Part shown: piece by piece, positions 1 through 12,490 of the stretch | How positions within the stretch are numbered: the stretch's first letter is position 1 | Layout: each line of letters begins with the position of its first letter | Program-made: the position numbers and the translations under genes | Source: Octopus sinensis | Lineage: Eukaryota | DNA: 64,000 bases | Direction: 5' to 3' | Assembly: GCF_006345805.1 (NCBI RefSeq) | Contig: NC_043001.1 | Span: 68,820,001 to 68,884,000 of the forward strand | Notes under the pieces: model-generated | Told to the model about the DNA's origin: nothing | Seen by the model: only the letters and a program-made list of their open reading frames with translations | Database searches by the model: none

Positions 1-177
1 ACAAACAATGGTGTAGGGAGACAAACATGGACATAAAAATATAATATAGACGTGTGCACTTTTACTCCCTCCCCACACTTAGCGGTCATTCAAATAGCTC
101 TTTTGTCTTAATAACTGTCAATCACACAGTAATTTTCCTTTGTTTTAACGGTCATTTTAATCGTACTTTTTTTGATG

Positions 178-247
178 GCCGGATAACTGAAGATATGGCG
201 GCGTGGATTTCCACCTCGACATCCGAAACACGCAGTTTTATCATGGC
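178..247 (+). ncRNA. Type I hammerhead ribozyme-like motif, family A copy 1 (degenerate)
   Basis: gataa-CTGAAGA(187-193)-stem II ATG/CAT-GAAAC(225-229)acgcaGT-T-ttatc. Stem I gataa/ttatc. The base of stem II is mismatched. Confidence 0.55.
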
Positions 248-360
248 TACCGAATAATTGTCACATATTACATTTACAGATAAATTCCTCCATTTACTTA
301 ATATCGAAGTCTCTTTAATTCTTTTGTTGTCTTACCATTTCTATCATATATATATATATG

Positions 361-430
361 GCCAGATAACCGAAGACATGGTGTTGTGGATTTCCACTTC
401 GGCATCTGAAACTCAGAGTTTTATCTTGAC
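361..430 (+). ncRNA. Type I hammerhead ribozyme-like motif, family A copy 2 (CCGA core)
   Basis: gccagataa-CCGAAGA(370-376)...GAA-ACTCAGAGT-T-ttatc. Stem III is the near-palindrome ACTC-A-GAGT. Confidence 0.5.
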
Positions 431-523
431 TATTGAGTAATGTAAAATTATTTTATAGATAAATTTCCTCTATTTACATAATATTGAGGTCTCTTTCTTT
501 CTTTTGTTATCTCACCGTTTTTA

Positions 524-559
<36 letters not shown>

Positions 560-560
<1 letters not shown>

Positions 561-638
561 CGGGCTTCTTTCAGTTTCCGTCTAACTAACTCACTCACGA
601 GGCTTTGGTCGGGCCGAGGCTATAGTAGAAGACACTTT
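560..638 (-). mobile_element. tRNA-derived SINE 3' part (family D)
   Basis: Reverse complement matches the 3' half of 45021-45183 (gtgtcttctactatagcctcgg...ggaaactgaaagaagcccg). Confidence 0.75.
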
Positions 639-1059
639 TTAAAGTATAAAGTTGAATTTCATGTGGCCACTTGTTGACAACTTTTCCCCTCCACCCATTT
701 TATAGGGGTATTACCCCGTTTTCTGGGCTCTTTTCACAGCTATACCCCGTTCGAGATTTGCATTAGATTTTGTATGGAAAAAAATGAAGGAAGCGGGGGG
801 CTTGTTTGTAGTTTATAGAGAAAACGTTAAACGTTCCTGAAAAAACATGACCTACCCCCACACCACCACCACTAACTAAAAGACGAATAAGTGTCAGGGG
901 TAGGGAAAAAAGAGAGAACTAACAGGCGATCCCAGAATAAAAATGTATACACCTGAAAGGCTTACCTTCTATTCATTACTAAATATATTCTATTTCCCTC
1001 TTCTTCATTGTTAAAAGTAAAGAAGAGAGTGAACGTGGTTAGGGGTATTCGGCCCATGA

Positions 1060-1300
1060 TCGTAAAGTCATGAGTACGATTCCTTGTGATGCGCTTGTGA
1101 TTTTGAGCAAGGTACTCTACCTCACCTTGCTGGTAAAAATGAGTTGTAGCTGTAATTCTTAGGGGCCAGCCTTGTTACATTCTGTGTGAGGCTGAATCTC
1201 CCAGAGAACTAACTTATGGTATGCATGTTTGTGGAGTACTCTGCCACTTGCGCGTTAATTTTACGAGCAGATTGTTCGTTGATCAAATAAAAAGGAACCT
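1060..1300 (+). mobile_element. SINE-like repeat (family B)
   Basis: Shares aatgagttgtagctgtaatt...tgtgtgaggctgaa...gtggagtact with 1620-1770 and with the reverse complement of 24190-24510. Confidence 0.6.
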
Positions 1301-1619
1301 CCGAGTGCCGTTATTTAAAAAGAAAAGGAAATGTTCCATGCCGAAAGGCAAAATGTCATGTGTTTCGTATAAGCAGTGAAAGCAGAGACAAAATAATTGC
1401 TATTCCACCGTGTATTCGCACTCGATTCACGCTCATTTTGATAACAGCTTCCGCATCGGTTTTTATCTGGGGGCTTGGCCTCTAGATCTGTGAGACCCGC
1501 AAATGCCGCTGGTAGGACCGGAATAACACTTATAGTGAGCCTAACGACTAAAAAGATTTTCTTGCCCCTATATAGGATCTCCTTTCGTTTTCTTCCAAAC
1601 ACTTGGAGATTTATCTTGT

Positions 1620-1770
1620 GTCAGCCCACTCAGCTGGCCAGAATGAGTTGTAGCTGTAATTAAAAGGGGTCAGCCTTATCACATTCTGTGTGAGGCTGAA
1701 ACTCCCTGAGAACTATGTTAATGATACGCATGTCTGTGGAGTACTGAGCCTCTTGCGAGTTAATTTTATT
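1620..1770 (+). mobile_element. SINE-like repeat (family B), partial second copy
   Basis: Direct similarity to 1135-1265. Confidence 0.6.
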
Positions 1771-2184
1771 CTCGTATGGTAATGAAAAGTGAATGTGACA
1801 TCCAATATTTACTGAGTCTATGTATCTATGTATCAACTTTTCTGTCGATCTATGAATGTACTGTCTCTCTCCATTTCTCTCTTTCTCTCTCACTTCCTCT
1901 GTGTTCCTCATCACTCCCGCTTTTAATTCAACAATGTGTGTATGTATCTATGTACCAACTTTTCCTTCGATCTATGTATTCACTTTTCTTGCGATGTGAT
2001 AAATATTTGAAAACACAAAACAGACGCCGTCACCTCTCACTGTCTCTTTCATTGTCTCTTTCTCTTTCACTCCCTCACTATCTTTCTCTCTTACTACCTC
2101 CTTTTTCTCGTTTTGCTACTCATTCCTTCTCTTGAAGTAAGTGTGACATATACCACAGGTACATACAGAAAGAACAAGTTGGCA

Positions 2185-2242
<58 letters not shown>

Positions 2243-2277
2243 ATTTTTTATTAATAATGATACTACTACTACTTCTT

Positions 2278-2316
<39 letters not shown>

Positions 2317-2500
2317 ATAATATAATAATAATAATAATAATAAGAAGAAGAAGAAGAAGAAGAAGAAGGAGAAGAAGAAGAAGAAAAATAAGAAGAAGAA
2401 AAGAAGAAGAAGAAGAAGAGAAGAAGAAGAAGAAGAAGAAGAAGAAGAAGAAGAAGAAGAAGAAGAAGAAGAAGAAGAAGAGGAACTAGATGGAGAAGAA
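2185..2500. repeat. Compound trinucleotide microsatellite (TAT)n-(CTA)n-(TAA)n-(GAA)n
   Basis: Directly visible. Many similar (TA)n, (CA)n, (GA)n, (GAT)n, (CAC)n and (TTTC)n tracts occur throughout the window. Confidence 0.95.
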
Positions 2501-2841
2501 GAGAATGAAAGGAAAGCAGAAGCCAACAAGATTGTTTGAACGTATCTCCTTATTTAACATTAAAATATCTATGGAAATGATATCCACCACATTTATTTCT
2601 ACTAGACAAGCCTCGGGCATTTTCAGAGGTTTATATAACATTTCTTGAAATCTCCTTGAAACGGCAATATAATGACAAGATGCATTAAGTATTCACGCCA
2701 TAGCATGACAAAAAGGAAAATAAAAAATAATCAAATTAAGAAGCAGTACTATTTGTTTCCCGTAATTGAAACTTATAATAATTAGGCACATAGTCTTAAA
2801 GAAGTTGTTGTCAAGCATACGTTTCATTTTCCACTCTTAAC

Positions 2842-2993
2842 CTCTTGTATAAGTGAAGAACTTCTCATTTGCCTGACATTTAATACGAGGGAAAAACTGC
2901 CTGGAGACATAAATGCCTGCAACAGTTTGTCGAACAGCGTTGTGTTGGCCTCTTTGATTGTCTCTCGTCGTTCTATGGTAATAGGAAAAAGAT
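2842..2993 (-). CDS. Candidate host-gene exon D (152 nt, phase 1 to 0), product unknown
   Basis: Acceptor ttattttgctcgaag, donor GAG|gttaag. Open frame xLFPITIERRETIKEANTTLFDKLLQAFMSPGSFSLVLNVRQMRSSSLIQE, phase-compatible with exon 5033-5137. Confidence 0.45.
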
Positions 2994-3181
2994 CTTCGAG
3001 CAAAATAATAAAAGGTACTCAAATATATGAAGAGGCTTTTAAGTAAAAATAACTCAACTGATATAAAATCCAGCGTATCATGAGATACGCTAAATTATGT
3101 TGGCGGATTATTAGAACGTAGAGGTAATACATGCAAACGCATTGAAATATATATGTATGTATGTATGTATATGCGTGTATG

Positions 3182-3283
<102 letters not shown>

Positions 3284-3744
3284 CACACATATACACACAC
3301 ATATATATGTACGCATATACCAATACACACACATATATATGCACACACATACAAATATACACACACACACATTTCTTTTATTCGTTCAACTCAGGCTGCG
3401 GCTATACTAGTCTACTCTCTCATTCCTTCTGTGAATCACGATAAACTCAAAATGCTAATTATTTCCATTGATTTATATCCATCATTTTACGAAACTACAG
3501 ATGCAGGTGACTCTCGTAACATCGGTTTTTATTCTAACAAACGGACAATCACGAACAGTGTTTTAGTCACACGTATACATAAACATATACATTGTTATTA
3601 TTAGCTTATGGTAATCCACATATGCATGACAGAACCAGTATGGGGTTGACAATAAAATTACTGGTATCTTTCTGAATGATGCAATTTCAACATGGTTAAT
3701 TATATGACTATATCACACCATCTGTTTCGTAATGGAAACAAAAA

Positions 3745-4575
3745 CTTACAGGTGTCCACTCATAGCTCACATTTGATGTTGAATTTTCCTCGCAGAGAGC
3801 CCAGTCGTTATGTCTATTGTTGTATGTAACAGTGTAACGCGATTTTTCTGCTGTTCCAAAAAATAAGATAGCAAGGGAACTTTGAAAACTGCTTCGTAGA
3901 CCCATGGGCCATGCCAATATTCTGAAGTGTCCGATAAACTCCCAGCCAGACTCATCATACTACGAGGCTTCTGGCAATGCCTGAAACGCGTTTTATTCTT
4001 CTTTGAGTGAGTGAGATAAGGAAAGAAGTATATTTTTCCCGTTGTGAAATAACGTGGATTCTAACATTCTGGGCAAACTGTCATTAAAAAGACACCACTT
4101 TTAAGCTGATCTTGACTCTCAGTTCCTCAAATAGATGCTTACTTTTGATAAAAGTGGATCCCATCTTAGTCGATGAGGTGAATAACTTTGAAAACTAAGA
4201 TGACTTCATTTGATTTTAGACGTGTACACTTTTATGTAACTAGTCTCACTGAATCAAAATCTTGGCATTGGACTTAGGTGAAGCTAACACATCTGATGGA
4301 ACAGCTGAGATATTTTTGATAGAAGTAATATAGCTTTCTCTTCCTGGCTGCACCACTAAAATTGAAAACTGTTTCTATAACTCATTTTTCTTGTTCCCGG
4401 CGGAGTTACTATGGTTAGCTCAGGGTACTGTAACATCGGCTCGTTGTATCAGGGAAATTCTCGACACAGGGCAGCAAATGCATTCTTACCAGCTTGACTC
4501 TCTGAAGGCACATTATACAGAAGTAGCAATAGCTAGAGCGAACTTCAAAATTCTCTTTTCGACTCTAAAACCATC
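3745..4575 (-). pseudogene. Degenerate Chapaev3-like (CMC superfamily) DNA transposase fragment
   Basis: Frameshifted minus-strand translation gives YCYFCIM, AGKNA, WCLFNDS..RMLESTLFHNGKN and YDESGWEFIGHFRILAWPMGL. These resemble recalled Chapaev3 motifs (CYFC; WxLFIDSS.xSLKAVLLHNGN; WEVIGDFKMVAFLMGL). Confidence 0.6.
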
Positions 4576-4659
4576 CAGCAGCAAAATGAAATTGTTATTT
4601 AAAATAATCATTTGTTTTTCCCGTGAATAATGGGTGAGAGGTTCTCGCAACATATATTG

Positions 4660-4810
4660 ATTTTGTTTTTCCTAGCACGGACTTTGTCAGTGAAAAGGTC
4701 GCGGATTTTAGCGACGAAAATATTTTGACAAATTAAACTTAAATGTTGGAGTGAATCGAACGGCTTTTGTGTGTTTCTTAAATGGCTTATAAACACCTTC
4801 CACGCTGCAA
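4660..4810 (+). mobile_element. Family F non-coding HHR-bearing repeat
   Basis: Homologous to 17730-17870. Confidence 0.7.
4683..4732 (+). ncRNA. Hammerhead-like fold, family F (core GTGAAAA)
   Basis: tttgtca-GTGAAAA-G-gtcgc/gcgac-GAA-AATATT-T-tgacaaa. 7-bp stem I, 5-bp stem II, palindromic stem III. Confidence 0.45.
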
Positions 4811-5032
4811 TTGTTGTTGTATATTTAATGTATTTAAGGACATCTAATGTTTTTAAATTAACACGGAATTTCACTTTTCAAGCAAACAAAAATTGTACAT
4901 TTTACCTTCCGGATACTTTTGTTCACTACTCACAATTAAAATGAGGTGACGAGAGTTTCACTTAATTTCTGGCAGTTATGCCGAAATATGCCTTGTACGC
5001 GTTGTAGTTATGGAGTACATTTTCGCACTTAC

Positions 5033-5137
5033 GTCTACAAATTCGCCTTGCACATTGTAATGTATGTCTTTCAGGTGTTTTAAACTTTTCACATGTCTGA
5101 TATTTTAAGAAAGTCTTCTTCACAGAGACAGCAAGAA
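5033..5137 (-). CDS. Candidate host-gene exon C (105 nt, phase 1 to 1)
   Basis: Acceptor tttag, consensus donor AGAC|gtaagt. Frame xLAVSVKKTFLKYQTCEKFKTPERHTLQCARRICR. Confidence 0.45.
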
Positions 5138-5201
5138 CTAAACTGTATTGACGAATTGAGGCTCCCGTAGTTACATTATTGTTTATATACTAGAATATTA
5201 C

Positions 5202-5265
5202 TTAAATCTCTAGAAAGTTTTGTAACACATGACATGTACACGGTATCAAATCTATCGGGAATCTT
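5202..5265 (-). CDS. Candidate host-gene exon B (64 nt, phase 0 to 1)
   Basis: Acceptor tattttccag, donor |gtaata. Frame KIPDRFDTVYMSCVTKLSRDL. A 64-nt intron separates it from exon C. Confidence 0.4.
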
Positions 5266-5346
5266 CTGGAAAATAGTTAAATTTCAAAATCTCAATACAG
5301 AGGTCAGAAAAGCAGTTTTAAAAATTAATAGCCATTTCCTATATAC

Positions 5347-5378
5347 TTTAGGTACATGAAATGAAGAAACAACACAAG
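5347..5378 (-). CDS. Candidate host-gene exon A (32 nt, phase 1 to 0)
   Basis: Strong acceptor tttattttcttatcctggacag, donor |gtatat. Frame xCVVSSFHVPK. An 81-nt intron separates it from exon B. Confidence 0.35.
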
Positions 5379-5748
5379 CTGTCCAGGATAAGAAAATAAA
5401 GGTAAACGTTATATAATATTGACTTGAAAGGGTGGTAAATTGAGTGATAGACAAAAATTTATTTATTTATTTTTGCTTTTTTCTTAAAGTCAATTTACGT
5501 TCCAGAGTGGACTGTTTTAAAATCCCCCGGGTCGATAAAGTAAAAACAAACCAACAACTGACTATCGATATTATCGATTTTATCCCGTATAAAATTGGTG
5601 GCATTGTTGCAATGTTAAAAATCTATAATATCGATTGAAGAAATGTCGTGAAGCGAAGTTGACTCACCGGGATTTGAACACAATATTAAAAGAATAAGAA
5701 TATACATACATGCATATATATGTATATATGTATATATGTATATATGTA

Positions 5749-5850
<102 letters not shown>

Positions 5851-6507
5851 TACATATATATATAAGTTCAATCAGAAGTTAAATAAGCCTCATTTATATA
5901 TATATGTGTGTGTGTGCATGCGCGCGTGTGTATGTGTGCGCGCGTTTGTGTGTGTATTTGAGTATGTATGTATATGTACATGCATATGTATATGTATATG
6001 TATGTATACATATGTATGTGTAGATATGTATGTATGTATATATATGTAATACATATATATATATATAATACATATATATATATATATTTATATCTATAGA
6101 TGTATTTATCTACATATACATATGTATATATAAATAAATGTATCAATGTCTGTACATACGAACATACATACATGCATACATACATACATGCGTACACGTA
6201 TGTGTCACAAACCCTTCGGTCTACCATCTCTATTACGTGGGAAATCAAAACTACCTGGTGTGAACTTTAAATCATAAGGCAGAATAATTAGATATTGAGG
6301 GATTAATATTGACACTACCCTGCGTTCGCTACAACAAACAGTGACAGCAACATAAATCATAGATAAGCTCTTTCATGTAAACAATTAATTTCCATTATCG
6401 TGTAGGTCAATGAATAGATTTACATCAAAGCAATCATTGGAAATAATTTATCATAACAAATTTAAAACAATTGAAAAATTTCAACCCTATTTTATGGAAC
6501 TTGATAT

Positions 6508-7170
6508 AACCATAAAATAAACAATTTGATATTAGACAACAATAAAGACTCTGCATGGTTTGCCCTACTACCAGAGATAACAGCCAAATGTCTATGTGAA
6601 ATCATACCCTATCGATTTAACAATAAGATAAGTAAATATCTGGTGGTGTACAATAAGGTAAAATATGTTAGAACAGATGAAATGGACATGGCAGGAACAA
6701 TTTTAATCATAGAGTTCATTATTTGCTGACCAGAAATATAAACATAAATAACAACATAAAAATAAAACATCATAATACAAGCAAGTAATACTTCTATGTA
6801 CCATGTTGTTGTTGAGGCCCAGGTAAACTATGAGCCAATGAAGCAACATAGCAAAAATTACGATTGAATGCACATTCGATGCTGTGCGTAACGAAGAGTG
6901 ATCGGGCAAACCATGCAGTGTCTCTATTGTTGTCTAGGTATCAAGTTATTTATTTTATGGTTCTGGAGTCATCATCAAGCTGTAGAGATGTCTTGTGTTG
7001 CTTGTGTGCTTGCTGTACAGGATGCCTCTGAAGTTCCTATTTTAAGCATTAGATTAGCACGTCATCAGCCAAATGTATATGTTTGTTTGTCACCGCTGTA
7101 TGAGTTTCTAATTTTGCGTCGTGATGTTCTACATCCATGGCTTCCAGTACTTATCATCTGTTGTTAAAGT
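6508..7170 (-). mobile_element. Probable PLE 3' fragment with a short inverted duplication
   Basis: About 58-bp inverted repeat, 6508-6565 versus 6905-6963. The minus strand has a weak RRKIRN similarity to the GIY-YIG C-terminus. Confidence 0.4.
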
Positions 7171-7239
7171 GAATATACAGTATATTTTCTTAAATAATTT
7201 TCTTGTGTATTACATTTCTTTCTGAACTTATACAAGCTG

Positions 7240-7289
<50 letters not shown>

Positions 7290-7294
<5 letters not shown>

Positions 7295-7530
7295 TATTGG
7301 TACAAACGGTAAGATAAAAAAAGAAAAAAGAGACCTCAATGTTACGTATGTAAATAGAGGAAATTTATCTGTAAAATAATATGTGACAATTATTCAATAG
7401 CCAAGATAAAATTCTGAGTTTCGGATGCCGAGGTCGAAATCCACAACACCATCTCTTCGGTTATTTCCACCTCGGCATCCGAAACTCAGTTTTATCTTGG
7501 CTATTGAATAATTGTCACATATTATTTTAC

Positions 7531-7533
<3 letters not shown>
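7290..7533 (-). mobile_element. Family A repeat with fold-back palindrome
   Basis: Arms 7368-7440 and 7463-7533 are near-perfect inverted copies. The minus strand carries CCGAAGA...GAAACTCAGAATT. Confidence 0.8.
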
Positions 7534-7616
<83 letters not shown>

Positions 7617-7701
7617 GTATTTATATAAGCTTGTGTATATATACATATGCAAGCTTGTATTAATTAATTCGTGTATATCATATCAATTCCTCTGTCTGTC
7701 T

Positions 7702-7764
<63 letters not shown>

Positions 7765-7831
7765 ACAATGTGCGTAATATGTGTTTGTCTGATTTATATG
7801 TTACGGTGTACATATTTTCCTGTATTTACAG

Positions 7832-8078
7832 GAATATACTGAAATTTATTGTGACTTCAGTTGAAGTACCATTATCAATTCGCCTTCAGAAATTTATCTC
7901 TCTGTAAGTATCTCCAGAACAAAGTCATTTACAAAGGGTTTTACATATTTCTTCCAGATCAAAGCTTATTAGATTTGAAACTGTTGTGGAAGATCTTTTC
8001 AACAATTTTGATTTCTCATTCGTTATTTTAACTTCAGAAAATATCTCAAAAGCGATATCGAAATATTTACCACCTTAA
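7832..8078 (+). CDS. Candidate two-exon plus-strand coding fragment (7832-7903 and 7958-8078)
   Basis: Acceptors tttcctgtatttacag and tatttcttccag, donor |gtaagt, 54-nt intron. Spliced frame NILKFIVTSVEVPLSIRLQKFISLSKLIRFETVVEDLFNNFDFSFVILTSENISKAISKYLPP*. Product not recognised. Confidence 0.25.
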
Positions 8079-9759
8079 TGTTATTATTATCGATATACTG
8101 CCTGGTGCAAAAATTTCTCAACTGATATTGAATAGAAGATGTAAGGAAAACAAGATGCAAATAGATTTTATTTTAGTATCTTGTTATGTACCGTAGTCGA
8201 CCTCTGTGTGATGAATCAAAAATAAAGTTCTTGTGAAAATGTCTTTGAATAATTTTTTTTCTTTTCAATCTTTTTAAAATTTTATTTTATGCTGTTTAAA
8301 TCTATTGATATGCTACCATAGGGAAGTGAATTGATCTTAAATTTGAATTTTGCTTTGAAGATCAGTTTCTCTACATGGACCCACCAATTCCTGAGACGTT
8401 TGAAAACTTCTTTCTCGGTAAGTGTTGATATTGCAACACAAACTAAAATCTACTATCCCCGACGCAACCACCACTACTAACAGTAATATCACTATCATTA
8501 TCAAAACCATTTTGAAATGGGTGAGGGGAATCTGGTCACTCTCTCTGCTAGAATCAGTAACCAATAATCATTTAAATTGTGCTTTATTGATTATAAAAAA
8601 CTTATATTTTATAATACATTGAGGAAAAAAAGAAATTCTAGATAATAATGACTTGAATCATGGTATGCCCGATTAGAACTAACCTGGGATTAAACAAAAA
8701 CCGTCGATGCCCAATTATACGCTTTCCAATGTACAGAACCAATCATAGCTAAAATAAAAACAAAAATAATTATTCTAACGGTTCTAAAATGTATTACCGT
8801 ATGCGGAAAACAGTGAGACGATCTTGCAGCAGCTGCTAGAAGTATCAGTCATACTTCCTTATAAAGGAATGTTACATTACACAGGTTACCTGGTTGGTTC
8901 ACGTACTATAATGCTTGTTGTGAGGCTGAGTGCTTGCGTTTTTCCTTTTCAGTTGTTAGCAATGTTAGCCAGATATGAAGATATCCTTATTTTTGCATTC
9001 GGACGTGGCATCTTCCTGAAATAGTTTTACTTATTTCAAGACACGTCACTTGGCGACTGAAGTTATATACATAAAGACGTGGACATTTCTTAGATCTGGT
9101 AAAGTAACTTCAATCATAAATCATGATTGATTTCTATATAAAGATATTGTAGTCAGGATTCAGATGTGTATTAGTGTATTACAATGAATAGAAACGTGCT
9201 GCATAATTAATTTTGTCGTGGTTTAGTTCCAGGATGAACATAATTTAGTAGAGCTAAGTTCAGCAGTATTCTACATGTAACCACTTTGAATTACATTGTT
9301 TCATACACGGTTCACTAGGTTGGTTCGGCTGCGAATATAGGTTCCTAAGAATCAATGAGGTTGTCTCGAAGATAAAATTACCTGACAACAAATCACATTT
9401 TATGGAGGATAGATGGGAACATATTGTCAATTAATGACAATTCCATTAACATCGTATAAAACCAATTAGAATGACACTATTAACTATGATCTAACAGGAG
9501 AGTCTCTTGCGTGTCACCTGTACTACGAGAAATATCAGTAATACATTCCTCCAACCACATTAATTAATATAGCTGAAGATATTCATAAACATACGGTAGT
9601 ATTCATGGTTAGAACGGCTTTGGTTCTTAATCTGTTTCATTAATATTGAACAATTTCACAAACATTGATCACTATTCTATAGAAACGTAGAAATATTGAA
9701 CTGAGTCTAATTGATATCGTTAATAACTATAATTTCTGCTAATGTCATGTTTCGGATGG

Positions 9760-9993
9760 TCGTTTTTTTGCCAAATAAACACACGCACTATTTATTCGTT
9801 CTTAAATTATTTGTTATTTTATTTTATGTCTATTTTCTGGAAATCTTTCGACACACATCCTGTGACTTCTTCGGCGACAATCCATCCCATGTGTCTCCTC
9901 CTGTTCTGCTTAGTATATTCTGTCTTTCTTTTGTGTGTATTCTTGTTTGTGCATGCCTTTGCCCGTGTATCTTTGTGCGTATGTATGTGTGTA

Positions 9994-10024
<31 letters not shown>

Positions 10025-10860
10025 AAGAAAGAGAGAGTACGTGCGTGTATGTACACATTCCTATGTGTTTTGTATGTGTGTTTTGTGTGTATATGGATTT
10101 GCTTACTATGCACTTTGTCTCCATGCTTTTATTTATATATCTATTTATTCAATTATTTATCTCTCTTTTTTCCTCATTTCAACTGAGGTATGTGCATGTT
10201 TGTCTTTTGTGTGTATGTATATGGTTTTATGTATTATACTGTTTCTATGTCTGAATTTTCCCCATACTGTCTTTCATCAACATATTACGTGGTGTGGTGG
10301 TGGGGAGCGTTTACTGTTGAGATTCGGTCTTTCTATTGTGCGGCCCCTGTAATCTAAGTGTCACGTATGCCATATGCGTTGTTAATAACTTAACATCTAT
10401 GTCATTAACCGAGCATATATTTTCTGGGCTTGTAGGTAGAGCTTGTAGGTAGAGCACTGACTGGCTTTTCTCTTGTTTGAGTTCACGTCATTGTCCAGCC
10501 ATCTGCTCCCCTATACTATGTTCTGTCTTCTCAATGTAAGTTGTCTTGTTTCTGCACTGTCCCCCAATACACCGTATGCTATCGACTACATTCCTAATCT
10601 TACAGTTAACATGTAGCTTCATACTAAATACTATTCAGTTGTTCTCTGTACTTGGGTGCATTTCGGATGGCTATGTTCTACAGATAAGGAGTTTTATGGG
10701 GGTTCCTGGCCTTTCTACTACTTTAATCCATAAATTTACGTCATCTAATGTTTTCCTAAAAAGGTATGCTAAATTCTCTTCCTTTCCTTTAAAACATCAA
10801 CATGATATCATCTTATTTTAGCATAGATGTCTTACCATCCCCAATAAATAGATATCGTCA
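9760..10860 (-). mobile_element. Degenerate PLE 3' region
   Basis: The minus strand encodes an IKVVERPGTPIKLL-like segment typical of the PLE RT-EN linker. A decayed HHR-like motif lies at 9838-9876. Confidence 0.4.
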
Positions 10861-11724
10861 TATTTTAACACAGATGTCCGACCATTGTTAATGTAAAAAC
10901 ATCGTCGTATTGTAGCATACATGTCCTAACGTCTTTGATGGACAAACATCCTCATTTTGCAGCAAAGATATTCAACCATCGTCAATAAATACATAACGTC
11001 ATAATTTAGTACAGATGCACTACCAACATCAATGAATATATATCGGCATAGATGTACTACCAGCGTTAATGAATAAATCATTTGCTACATCATTGTTTGC
11101 CCTTTATGATTCATTAGCTTAGACAATTAACATAACGTTCATATTGCTTAGATAATCTGAACAAGTAACATGCATCACTGAAGGAATCTAGAATATAATC
11201 TTATTTCTAATGAGATTGTACAATCGATATTCTGCATTGTGGTGATTTAGTTTCAAATACATTTTGAGGAAATACCACACACCGTACAAGTGGTACGAAG
11301 TTTTAAAATAAGCTACGTTGTGAAAAGAAATTGGATGATATGTCTAAATATGGCTATGGCTTCATTGCATATATAAAAGCTTGGGTATGTTCTTACCGAT
11401 TCGTATATCATCTAACTCTAACGAATTTACTCCAAATTTCTAAAAGGCATACATGTTTTGCTTTATGAAATTACGACGTTCAAAGTACACAAACTATTTT
11501 CGTTAAGATTTTTTTCGATTCTGTTTCCATTTCTTCACGCCTATTTTCGTGACACCTAGGAAAGAGAAACGTACTGTATACATTGGTAGGCCATTAGAAC
11601 AAACACACCAGATTGTTCATTTACAGAGTCATGTGATAGAGAAAAAAAGGGGAAGAAAAAGGAAAAAATAACAACTGAAATAAAGGGGGAGGGAGGAAAG
11701 AAAATTCACAGCGACAATGCTCTT

Positions 11725-12490
11725 CTCAATGTGTGTGATATAAGACAAACTTTTTCACTTCCTGCATGGATGGTAAGCTAGAGATCATTCTTAAATAATT
11801 TTCACTTCCTTTTTTGATCAACCCAAGTGCTCCTACAATCACTGGTAATGTAACCGTCTTGAAATGCCACATCTTTTCGATTTCGATTAACAAATCTTTA
11901 TATTTTCCGAGCTTATCAAATACTTTTGCTGGGATATTATGGTCACAGGGTATGCCCATGTCAATCAATAAACAGGCTTTATTGCTTCTGTCTTTCACGA
12001 AAATATCTGGTTTATTTGCCTTGACGTCCATACTGAGAAGTACCAAAAAATAGTTACATTTCCTCCCTCACTTACAGCCTCAGAGTAGTGCTTGTACCAT
12101 TTGTTAATAGTTTTGATTTTGTAATGCCGACACATTATCAAATGTAGACATTGGCCAATTCTGTCATGTCTTGATTTGTACTCTACAGGTGCTAAAACCT
12201 TACATCCAGAGATTAGGTGGTCGACTATTTCTATCCCACCGTTGCAATATCGGTACTTTGGGTCAATAAGCTCTGATCTTGGGCAGCCAAGATAAAGCCT
12301 TCACTCTCTGTCTTTCGCCCTGAGCTCTGTAGCCACTGATGGGTGTGTTTCTGGTCTACATCAGCTTGTTTGCTACGGGCCAGATATTTGCTCCCGCTTT
12401 TCAGCCAATTCGTCAAGTGCATTTTGCTTTGCTATCGATTTCACCTTCCTTGCAACTACAGTCGCTGCATATCCCTCATGCTGTTCAACG
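11725..12490 (-). mobile_element. 5'-truncated R4/Dong-type non-LTR retrotransposon (CCHC and RLE endonuclease)
   Basis: AAQDQSLLT, DHLISGCK, KPDIFVKD...LLIDMGIP...KYKDL...PVIVGALG motifs. (TAA)-rich tract at the 5' side. Confidence 0.85.

Larger units (their letters stand above)
80..535 (+). mobile_element. Family A non-coding HHR-bearing repeat, tandem partial dimer (retrozyme-like or non-autonomous PLE derivative)
   Basis: Two similar units with cores at 187 and 370 (183 nt apart), each ending in (TA)n. Homologous to 7290-7533 and 44708-44990. No recognisable protein motif. Confidence 0.7.

Noticed and set aside
3957-3995. HHR-like CTACGA-ggc...gcct-GAAACGCGT
   Set aside because: The core lacks G5, stem I does not pair, and it lies inside transposase-derived sequence. 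Likely chance.
4391-4630. Plus-strand 79-aa ORF
   Set aside because: It is antisense to the Chapaev3-like transposase relic.
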